Part shown: one piece after another, positions 1 to 7,235 of the stretch
Position numbering within the stretch: the stretch's first letter is position 1
How the letters are laid out: each line of letters begins with the position of its first letter
DNA from: an uncultured Thermoplasmata archaeon
GTDB lineage: Archaea > Thermoplasmatota > Thermoplasmata > RBG-16-68-12
Assembly: GCA_963768855.1 (NCBI GenBank)
Contig: CAVYJM010000004.1
Location: 1 to 26,549, forward strand
Reading direction: 5' to 3'
Length of the DNA stretch: 26,549 nucleotides
Notes under the pieces: model-generated
The model's database searches: none
What the model saw: only the letters and a program-made list of their open reading frames with translations
Told to the model about the DNA's origin: nothing
Position numbers and translations under genes: made by a program

Positions 1-45
1 TTCGGGGTCTGGACCGTCTACGTCCGGCGGCGGCGGGTTGATTAG
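1..45 (+). CDS. 3' end of an upstream gene (partial); hydrophobic stretch followed by RRRR, like a C-terminal membrane anchor
   Basis: Frame +1 reads FGVWTVYVRRRRVD* (TAG 43-45). Only 14 codons are visible. Confidence 0.35.
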   Translation, partial: FGVWTVYVRRRRVD

Positions 46-69
46 ACCCGTCTCCCATGAGCAGGGTCC

Positions 70-252
70 ATGAAGACCGCCGTGGAGATCGACAAGGCCA
101 TCGCGGAGCTGCGCGTCGCGATCGAGCGGGCCGAGGCCGAGATCCGTCCCCGGACGAAGGCAGCCACGGTTTACGCGTACTGGTTGCCCCCACCCCCGGA
201 CGTGCCCCGCCTCAGGGCGATCCTCGATGCCCTTCTTTGGGTCCGCGCCTGA
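70..252 (+). CDS. small hypothetical protein (60 aa), helical
   Basis: ATG start, strong GC3 codon bias, amphipathic helical pattern (MKTAVEIDKAIAELR...LRAILDALLWVRA). Confidence 0.55.
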   Translation: MKTAVEIDKAIAELRVAIERAEAEIRPRTKAATVYAYWLPPPPDVPRLRAILDALLWVRA

Positions 253-423
253 CGCCGACAGGCGCCTCCACAAAGCCTCCCCCAAGCAGGATGCCCTGGT
301 CGGACGTCGAGCCCGCTCTGTAAGGCTGAACCTTGCGAGATACTCCAGAGGTTACTTGCGCCGCGAATAGGACCGAAACCTTTCAATCCTCCCGGGCGCC
401 TGACCCGGCTGGAAGGGTGCTGC

Positions 424-1038
424 GTGGCGGTTTGCCCGTCGTGTGGGAACAAGCGTTTCGGCCTCACTTTCATAACGTGTTCCACGTGCGGCCGCCAGGG
501 CTGCGAAAGGTGCGTAGCGGTACCCGTGGGCATGAGCTTCCCGGACCAGGAAGGCCGCCAGACGCCCGCGTACTCATGCACGTGGGCCTGTTACGAACAC
601 GCCGCCCAGTACCATCTATCACGAGGTCAGATGATCACGCAGTGGGGCGGTGGCTACACGTTCCTGGGAAGGATTCTCAGCCCCGAGGCCGCGTGGCGGG
701 CGAACCGGATTCATGTGGAGCACCTCGTGGTAGCTGGCCGGTACGAGGACGCCGCGGTGCTCTACGAGAAACTGGGCATGTGGAAGGAAGCGGGGGACTT
801 GAGAAACCGGGGACGTCAACAGTACATTACCCAGGTCCATGTCAATGTGAACGACTTGCTACAGCAGCTCAGGGCCATGGGCGTCTCGGCAAGCTACACT
901 TGCCCCGTTTGTCGTAGTCCTTCCACGATCACGGGAACGACGTCTCCGGATGCCCTCGCCAAGTGCCAGTATTGCGGAGCGGTCGCGCGCCCGACCGATG
1001 TGGTCGAGGCCATCACGAAGGTTCTCGGCTCTCGGTAG
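424..1038 (+). CDS. multi-zinc-finger hypothetical protein: N-terminal Cys cluster, TPR-like helical hairpin, C-terminal double zinc ribbon
   Basis: CPSC, CSTC, CERC and CTWAC at the N-terminus; AGRYEDAAVLYEKLGMWKEAG helix pair; CPVC...CQYC at the C-terminus. A TATA-like 'aaacctttcaat' lies at about 376-387. Confidence 0.8.
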   Translation: MAVCPSCGNKRFGLTFITCSTCGRQGCERCVAVPVGMSFPDQEGRQTPAYSCTWACYEHAAQYHLSRGQMITQWGGGYTFLGRILSPEAAWRANRIHVEHLVVAGRYEDAAVLYEKLGMWKEAGDLRNRGRQQYITQVHVNVNDLLQQLRAMGVSASYTCPVCRSPSTITGTTSPDALAKCQYCGAVARPTDVVEAITKVLGSR

Positions 1039-1042
1039 CATG

Positions 1043-1127
1043 CACGCGCAACAGAGTCCCGACGAACATCGGTTTCGAGGTCGTCCTCCGCTGCGAAACG
1101 AAAAGAGGGAAAAGGTGCTCGCGGCCC
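1043..1127 (+). repeat. intergenic repeat family R1, copy A
   Basis: Core 1077-1099 gaggtcgtcctccgctgcgaaac matches 2204-2226 at 21/23. The flanks also align (acga-N5-ggtt-N2-gagg; ggtgctc..ggccc). Outer boundaries are approximate. Confidence 0.75.
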
Positions 1128-1150
1128 TCATTCCCGACGCCAGAAAGGTT

Positions 1151-1666
1151 ATGCCTCGCCTCGGCAGATGTGTCGCGGTAATCAGGACGAAACCGCCGTT
1201 CGTTATCCGTCAGATCGAACGAGGCGACGCCACCGCGATCTTGGCGCTCGCTCAGACTCTCGAGAAGTGGTTTGGGTCGGTCGGCCTTGCCCAAATCGCT
1301 CGCGATCTCGAATCTCACCAAGGGTACGTTGCAACTCGCGAGAGCCGACTCTTGGGCTTCGTGACGTGGACCCCCGTCGACGAGACGATGGCGGAGCTCT
1401 CCTGGATTGGGGTTGCGGAGGATCTGCAGCACGCCGGCGTTGGTACCGCGCTCCTCTCGGCCCTCACTTCGAGGCTGAGGCGGGAGGGTTTCCACGTTCT
1501 TACCGTGTCCACGATTGCCGACAGCTTCGACTTCGAACCCTATGCAGAGACCCGGCGCTTCTACCGGGCCCGAGGCTTTAGGGACTATCGAGTCGACCCC
1601 CGCTATTGGGTCGAAGGCGACGCCCGATACGACCGTCTCGTGTTGCGGCTGGACTTGACCCACTGA
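1151..1666 (+). CDS. GNAT family N-acetyltransferase
   Basis: Motif A-like IGVAEDLQHAGVGTALL and C-terminal RRFYRARGF. The ORF is open from 950; ATG 1151 is the most plausible start but is uncertain. Confidence 0.85.
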   Translation: MPRLGRCVAVIRTKPPFVIRQIERGDATAILALAQTLEKWFGSVGLAQIARDLESHQGYVATRESRLLGFVTWTPVDETMAELSWIGVAEDLQHAGVGTALLSALTSRLRREGFHVLTVSTIADSFDFEPYAETRRFYRARGFRDYRVDPRYWVEGDARYDRLVLRLDLTH

Positions 1667-1696
1667 CAGGTACTACGACAGCGCGGCCCGTCCCGT

Positions 1697-1731
1697 CGCG
1701 CCCCCGAGCGGCCGGAAGGGCTATGCCGGGA
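1697..1731 (+). repeat. intergenic repeat family R2, copy A (contains promoter-like aagggctatg)
   Basis: cgcgcccccgagcggccggaagggctatgccggga is 33/35 identical to 2126-2160. Confidence 0.9.
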
Positions 1732-1772
1732 CGGGTCGATGAGCCGCTGCCATACTGAGGCGACAGGCAGGC

Positions 1773-2084
1773 ATGGCGAAGGAAACGAGGTACTACCCGA
1801 GCAGCCCCGAGCGGCTCGCGAACGCCTGTCGGGAGGCGTTCCGCGCATGCGGGTTCAAACTCTACGAAGATGGCCTTCCCGACCGTGGCCTGAGGGGCCA
1901 TGTGAGCGCCACGTTGACGACGTGGGGCGAGTCCATCTACGTGACGCTCGACACGCTCGACGTGAGGGCCGAAACCACGGCGGTCACGTTCGAAGCCGTT
2001 CCGGACGCGCTACTCTGGAGCCGGGACAAATCCCCCGAAGACCTCCGAGCCTTCTTCGAAGCCCTTGAGCGGGCACTGGGGTAG
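1773..2084 (+). CDS. hypothetical protein (103 aa), small alpha/beta
   Basis: ATG start downstream of the R2-A promoter-like motif. Protein-like composition (…TLTTWGESIYVTL…FFEALERALG). No family recognised with confidence. Confidence 0.7.
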   Translation: MAKETRYYPSSPERLANACREAFRACGFKLYEDGLPDRGLRGHVSATLTTWGESIYVTLDTLDVRAETTAVTFEAVPDALLWSRDKSPEDLRAFFEALERALG

Positions 2085-2125
2085 GTCCCGGCGTGCGTCG
2101 GGTGACCGCGAGCCGGTGACTCGGA

Positions 2126-2160
2126 CGCGTCCCCGAGCGGCCGGAAGGGCTATGTCGGGA
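2126..2160 (+). repeat. intergenic repeat family R2, copy B
   Basis: cgcgtccccgagcggccggaagggctatgtcggga is 33/35 identical to 1697-1731. Confidence 0.9.
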
Positions 2161-2161
2161 T

Positions 2162-2250
2162 CACGGTGCAACGGCCCGTCCCTTGGTCACGAGCTTGGGT
2201 TGTGAGGCCGTCCTCCGCCGCGAAACTGAAGAAGGCAGGGTGCTCGGCCC
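2162..2250 (+). repeat. intergenic repeat family R1, copy B
   Basis: Core 2204-2226 gaggccgtcctccgccgcgaaac; see copy A. Confidence 0.75.
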
Positions 2251-2322
2251 CTACGCCTCGCTGAGGGAACCCCACGCAAGGGTTGTATCACAGAACCTGC
2301 CTACCTAGGGACGGCATCCTCT

Positions 2323-2745
2323 GTGTTCCGTGACCGGGAAGTCAAGATTAAGGAGGAGCGTGTGCCGAACGGGCCCAAAGTGCCCCTCGCGCGATTCACG
2401 GCCCGCTTCGCGCTAGTCCTCGCCGCAATCCTAGTTGCAGAGTCCCTGGTCGCAGTCATCGTGGGTCTGGTCAACGGAGGACGCTTCGCATCCCTGCTAG
2501 GCCAGCTGCTGCTCTGGACAGGGTTCAGCGCAATCGGATTCTCGGTGTTGCTGGCACTGAGCGCAGGCTTGGCGGGAAAGAGCGCCTATGTGGTGCTGAG
2601 CCTGGGGAGAGGCGCGCCCACCTCGGCCCTCTGGCGAATGCCAGAATGGCCTCCGACGAGAGGCTTTGAGGACATCTACGCCCTCCTCCTCGTGTTCGGC
2701 GCAGGCGTCATCCTGTCTGTCCTCGGCTTCTTGGTCTTCTCGTGA
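2323..2745 (+). CDS. hypothetical membrane protein (about 3 TM)
   Basis: Three long hydrophobic segments. Promoter-like 'aagggttgtatc' at about 2278-2289. GTG start is uncertain. Confidence 0.65.
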   Translation: MFRDREVKIKEERVPNGPKVPLARFTARFALVLAAILVAESLVAVIVGLVNGGRFASLLGQLLLWTGFSAIGFSVLLALSAGLAGKSAYVVLSLGRGAPTSALWRMPEWPPTRGFEDIYALLLVFGAGVILSVLGFLVFS

Positions 2746-3036
2746 ATTCGATCCGCGCCTCTTTGGCGCGATGCATCGGGGGAAGGTGCATGCCCTCGGG
2801 GGGCAGGCGTGCGTGGGGAACGACGGTCAACATAATCCGAACAAAAGGGGGCGTTTGTGCTCACCCAATGCTAGCAAAGGCACCCAACGGCTATGAGTGC
2901 TGAAACGCCTGCGCGAGGATTGCGCGGGGGGCCGCCGGTGCGGAAACCCGACCCGGGGGTCCCGGAATCACCCGTGATACCCGTCCGGGAAGGTCTTTCC
3001 CCGAGAACCCTAGTCGTGCGCCCCGAGGCCATCCCA

Positions 3037-4737
3037 ATGGGTTCCCCGACTCGATTGCATGCCTCCGTCGCGATCGCTATTACCTGTGCCCTCGTGCTCG
3101 GAGCATTCCTGGCGGTCGTCCCGCGAGCCCGCGCGGGTGCAGCAATCATCTTCAGCGACGGTTTCGAGACCGGCGGTCTGAGCCCGCGATGGGCCACGAA
3201 CGACTCCAACCTGGCGTCCGGAATCGACGACTGGGGCGTGTCGACGTTCCGGCCGCACAGCGGCAACTACAGCGCCTGGTGCGCCGAGGTGGGGAACCAG
3301 TCCGCAGGTCCCTACGTCGGCCAGAACAACTCCGATGTCCACGAGTACGACGACAACATGCAAGCCGACTTCTCGTTGAACCTGTCCGTGAACGGGTATG
3401 ACAGTCTCTTCCTGTCGTTCTACTACTGGGTGCGCACGGAGAACGGCGGCGGCGACTGGCTGCAGGCCGCGTACGTGGCAGGCGGAGTCACGGCCATCCT
3501 CTTCCAGGAGGGCGGCTCATCGGGGAACGCCTGGCAGCCCGCGAACGTGTCGGTCCCGACCAACATCGAGCAGCTCATCTTCCGCTTCCACAGCGACACG
3601 GCGAACCACGGCTTCGAAGGAGCGTACGTGGACGACATTGTCCTCACCGGGATCGAGAACGTGCCGCCTGCCTCGGCCGTATCGGCCCTGCCCGCGTACA
3701 CGAACCAAGACCCGTATGCGATCCCCTATGTGGCGGAGGACAATGCGAACGCGAGCGGGGTGGCCTACGTCCAGATGTGGTACCGCACGGGGACCACCGG
3801 GGCGTACACCGAGTATGTCACGACCCAGAACCCTCTGGGTCACTGGACGAGCCCGACGATTCCCTTTGACGCGAGATCGGCGGCGGGGGATTCCTACTAC
3901 GAGTTCTACACGGTTGCGGTGGACCGGGCGGGGAACGTCGAGCCGGTGCCGACCGCCTCCGATGCGAACATCACGATTGACACGACGCCGCCGACGCTGG
4001 CAATCAACGATCCCGCGGCGGGTGCCCTCGTGAACGCCTCGAGCGTGACGATCGCTTGGCAGGCCACGGATGCGGTCTCCGGCCTCGCGGGATACGCCAC
4101 GAGCCTCGATGCCGGTTCGTTCGTGCCGACGACGGGCGGCGGCTCCGCCATCCTGAGCGGACTCAGCGACGGTGTGCACCGCGTGACCGTCCGAGCGACG
4201 GACCATGCAGGCAACGTCGCGGAGCAGAACGTCAGCTTCACGGTGGACACGGAGGCTCCGGTCCTGACCGTCACGGACCCGAGCGGAGGCACGTATCTCC
4301 ACAGCACCGGTTACCGGTTCGTCTGGGCGGCGTATGACAACACGACGGGCATCGACCACTACGTGGCCTGGCTCGATGACGGGACCGCGTACACGATCAC
4401 GGAGTCCGAGATTGCCATCCCGGCGATCCCGGAAGGCGCCCACACGTTCCATGTCCAGGCGGTCGACCGAGCGGGCAATATCGCGACGGCCTCGGTCTCC
4501 TTCAGCGTCGATCGGAACCCCTTCAGCCTGACGGGCCCGTACGACGGGATCCCGCTCTTCGTTCTGATCGGTCTGATCCTCGCGCTCCTCCTGTTCCTGC
4601 TGTTCCTCTGGCGCCGCCGCAAGGAGGACGAGGACGAGCGGGCCGCCCTGGATGCCGCGGCGAAGAAGACGCCCGAGCCGCCCGCGACGCCGGCGCCGCT
4701 CGATTCGGCCAGCCCGAAGTCTCCGGGTGGCGGCTGA
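3037..4737 (+). CDS. secreted, C-terminally anchored surface protein: MAM/InhA-like beta-sandwich plus about 3 Ig-like (DTTPP-type) repeats
   Basis: Signal peptide MGSPTRL…FLAVVPRARA; FSDGFE…FRFHSD…GAYVDDI domain; repeats bounded by ENVPP, DTTPPT and DTEAPV, each with a 'VxAxDxAGN' motif; TM helix plus RRRK. ATG 3037 is preferred over 2893 because it gives a canonical signal peptide. Confidence 0.85.
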   Translation: MGSPTRLHASVAIAITCALVLGAFLAVVPRARAGAAIIFSDGFETGGLSPRWATNDSNLASGIDDWGVSTFRPHSGNYSAWCAEVGNQSAGPYVGQNNSDVHEYDDNMQADFSLNLSVNGYDSLFLSFYYWVRTENGGGDWLQAAYVAGGVTAILFQEGGSSGNAWQPANVSVPTNIEQLIFRFHSDTANHGFEGAYVDDIVLTGIENVPPASAVSALPAYTNQDPYAIPYVAEDNANASGVAYVQMWYRTGTTGAYTEYVTTQNPLGHWTSPTIPFDARSAAGDSYYEFYTVAVDRAGNVEPVPTASDANITIDTTPPTLAINDPAAGALVNASSVTIAWQATDAVSGLAGYATSLDAGSFVPTTGGGSAILSGLSDGVHRVTVRATDHAGNVAEQNVSFTVDTEAPVLTVTDPSGGTYLHSTGYRFVWAAYDNTTGIDHYVAWLDDGTAYTITESEIAIPAIPEGAHTFHVQAVDRAGNIATASVSFSVDRNPFSLTGPYDGIPLFVLIGLILALLLFLLFLWRRRKEDEDERAALDAAAKKTPEPPATPAPLDSASPKSPGGG

Positions 4738-4765
4738 AGAGCCGACTCCGGTCAAAAGGGAAAGA

Positions 4766-4787
4766 GTGGCCCCCGCATGGGGGCCAC
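4766..4787. terminator. perfect 9-bp hairpin between convergent genes, followed by a U-rich tract on the minus strand
   Basis: gtggccccc-gcat-gggggccac. The minus strand continues tctttcccttttg. Confidence 0.75.
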
Positions 4788-4797
4788 GTTCGCCGTT

Positions 4798-7083
4798 TCA
4801 CTGGGTCCACGTGACGCCCGACATGTCTGCGGCGTTCGCGTAGACAGCGGGGTCCTGGCCGAAGACCGCTGCGGGAGAGTTCGAGTTCCCGTTCAGCGCT
4901 CCGTTCGACCGCTGGACCCCGGCCCACCACGGGGCCAGGTACGTCGAGCCGCCGCAGGTCACGACGAGATCGCCCCAGAAGGCGCCCGTCCCGAGGGACC
5001 GGCCGCCGTTCAGGGTGATCGTCACCGTCGCGGTCCCGTCCGCTGCCAGGCTGATCGAGCTCGCGGACAGGGTGATCGTCGCGCCCGTCGGAGTGCCCGT
5101 GACACTAAGCGAGCACGCCTGGGCCGCGCCCGTCTCCTCCATGAACGTGATCGCCACGGAGGACATGGCCGGTGCGCTGCCCGTGAAGGCGCCGAAGCTC
5201 ACGGAGGCCGGGTCCAGGGTCACGCCCGCGTTCGCGGCGCGCTCGATGTTGATCCGTCCGCCGCCGCGTGCGATCGGTCCGAGGACGCTTGCTCCGGAGA
5301 CCGGGCGGTCCGCGTTGTCCACGAGGGCCGACTTGATCTCCGTAGGAGACCATGTCGGGTGGAGTGCCTTCAGCAGGACGACCGCGCCCGTCGTGTGGGG
5401 CGTCGCCATCGAGGTGCCCTGGAAGAAGTCCCAGAGCTGGTTCAGCGTCCCGTCCGGGTTCTTCGTGAACACGCTCGAGAGCACGTTCACGCCCGGCGCC
5501 GTGACATCCGGCTTGAGCCGGAAGTCGTAGGGCGTTGGGCCGATGCTCGAGAAGCTCGCGAGGATGTCCGCATTCGCCGTGACGACGTCCTCGAACTGGG
5601 TGCCGTCGACCTTCGTGCTGATTCCGAGGTTCGCCTTCAGGACCGTGCCGTCCGCCAGGGAGACCATCGCCGCCGGGATCGTCGGGAAGTGGACTCCGTC
5701 CCCTCCCATCACGATCGGGTCGCCCACGGCGTTGTTCACGATCAGGACGCCGACCGCGCCCGCCGCCTGGGCATTGCTGATCTTCGTGCTGAAGGTGCAC
5801 ACGCCTCGGTCGATGACCGCGAGCTTCCCGGTCAGGTCCTGCGAGATCGCCGTGCAGCCGTCGGCCGGCGTCGTCGCTGACGTCAGGGCGGTGACCATGG
5901 GGTCGAAGCCCGTGAACTCACCCTCGAGCGCGGTGATGTGGTGGATCCCGAAGTCCACGGGGATGCCCGCGTAGTGCGGGTCCGAGGTGGCGCCCGCCGT
6001 GATCGCGTTCGCCGCGTTCCCCGGCGACTCGATGGTCAGGATGCCCGGTCCCGAGTTGCCCGCTGCGATGACCGAGATCGTGCCCGCGTCGACGGCCGAG
6101 TTGATGGCCTCCGCGAGCGTGTCGTGCGGTCCCTGGACGTTGCCGCCCAGGCTCAGGTTGATCACGTCCATGCCGTCCGCAACGGCCTTCTCGACCGCTG
6201 CGATGATGTCGTGGCTGAAGGCCCCGCCACCATGGTGGATGAACGCCGAGCCGAACCCGGGGAAGACATCGTAGTCATGGAGCGTCACGCCAGGCGCGAT
6301 CCCACTGATCGGGGCCGCGAGGGTGAACGGGTAGCCGTTCGCCAGGGTGACCGTCCCGGTCCTCGGGCATCCGCCGATCGTCCCGGAGACGTGCGTGCCG
6401 TGAGTGTTCTCGATGACCTGGCTCGGGTCGTAGAGTCCCGCGCCGCTGAAGAACACGTCGTGCACGATGCTGCCCGGGGCGCGGCAGGACGCGATGAAGG
6501 GATGGCTGTCGTCAATCCCGGTGTCGATGACTCCGACCTTGATCCCGCCGTAGTTCGGCAGGGTGCCGCCGAAGGGATTCGCCCCCAGCATGGCCCAGAC
6601 CTGGGGTGCATGTACGAGGGGCACGGAGACGTCCATGCTCGGGTAGTAGATCGAGTCCGGCGTGACTGCCACGACGTCCGGCCCGTTCGCGAGGCTGTTC
6701 CACGACTGCCCGTTCAGGGCGACCGCCACGCCATTCAGCGTGAGGTCGTAGTCCTGGATCGCCTGCATCGCGGGTGCGTTCGAGTGGAGCCACGCCTTGA
6801 AGTTCGCGTGCTCCGCGCCGAGCAGTCCGCGGTACTTCGTGACCGGGGCCGAGGTCGTTTCGAGCTTCTGACCGTGGACCGGCTCGGTCGCGGGGTATCC
6901 CGCGATTCCGCCCGTGTAGTCGGCGGTCGCGCTCAGCTTGAATTCGACGATCACATACTGCGAATTGTCGTTTCCGTTCGATCCGTTTCCGCCCGCCGCC
7001 GCTGAGGCCACCGGAACCATGGCCGTCAGCAGGAGGCCCGCGCAGACTGCAATCGCACAGGCTATCGCCCAACGTCTGTTCAC
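4798..7083 (-). CDS. S8 family serine peptidase (subtilase, Vpr-like) with I9 prodomain, PA domain and C-terminal beta domain
   Basis: Catalytic triad VIDTGID / HGTHVSGT / GTSMATPH; PA domain (GKLAVIDRGVCTFSTKISNAQAAGA); signal peptide. GTG 7083 sits 8 nt after GGAGG (the track starts at TTG 7089). Confidence 0.95.
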   Translation of the reverse strand: MNRRWAIACAIAVCAGLLLTAMVPVASAAAGGNGSNGNDNSQYVIVEFKLSATADYTGGIAGYPATEPVHGQKLETTSAPVTKYRGLLGAEHANFKAWLHSNAPAMQAIQDYDLTLNGVAVALNGQSWNSLANGPDVVAVTPDSIYYPSMDVSVPLVHAPQVWAMLGANPFGGTLPNYGGIKVGVIDTGIDDSHPFIASCRAPGSIVHDVFFSGAGLYDPSQVIENTHGTHVSGTIGGCPRTGTVTLANGYPFTLAAPISGIAPGVTLHDYDVFPGFGSAFIHHGGGAFSHDIIAAVEKAVADGMDVINLSLGGNVQGPHDTLAEAINSAVDAGTISVIAAGNSGPGILTIESPGNAANAITAGATSDPHYAGIPVDFGIHHITALEGEFTGFDPMVTALTSATTPADGCTAISQDLTGKLAVIDRGVCTFSTKISNAQAAGAVGVLIVNNAVGDPIVMGGDGVHFPTIPAAMVSLADGTVLKANLGISTKVDGTQFEDVVTANADILASFSSIGPTPYDFRLKPDVTAPGVNVLSSVFTKNPDGTLNQLWDFFQGTSMATPHTTGAVVLLKALHPTWSPTEIKSALVDNADRPVSGASVLGPIARGGGRINIERAANAGVTLDPASVSFGAFTGSAPAMSSVAITFMEETGAAQACSLSVTGTPTGATITLSASSISLAADGTATVTITLNGGRSLGTGAFWGDLVVTCGGSTYLAPWWAGVQRSNGALNGNSNSPAAVFGQDPAVYANAADMSGVTWTQ

Positions 7084-7235
7084 AATCAAACCCTCCTATC
7101 ATGCGCGGGTTTCCCCAACCCAACCGCGCAAGGGGCCGGACGGTCCACATCGCGCAAATAGGTTTCCGTATTCTCAGGAGGCGGAATGAACCGAATACGT
7201 GTTTCTGCGCATCGACGCGCCCGCCGGGGTCGGAC

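Noticed and set aside
57-917. Overlapping alternative ORFs 57-323, 171-581 and 333-917
   Set aside because: They conflict with the better-supported 70-252 and 424-1038 ORFs and have no protein-like motifs.
1705-1725. ccGGAAgg tetraloop resembling SRP RNA helix 8
   Set aside because: The flanking conserved SRP bulge sequences and the rest of the 7S RNA are missing, and the motif sits in a duplicated promoter-like element.
1697-2160. R2 repeats as a CRISPR array
   Set aside because: Only two full copies, separated by a 394-nt spacer containing a gene; no cas genes.
1043-2250. Canonical integron attC sites or IS ends
   Set aside because: I found no RYYYAAC…GTTRRRY boxes, no long imperfect palindrome, no terminal inverted repeats with target duplication, and no integrase or transposase in the window.
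2893-3036. Longer N-terminus for the surface protein
   Set aside because: The 48 extra residues are Pro/Arg-rich and would bury the signal peptide; a promoter-like motif lies at about 2990.
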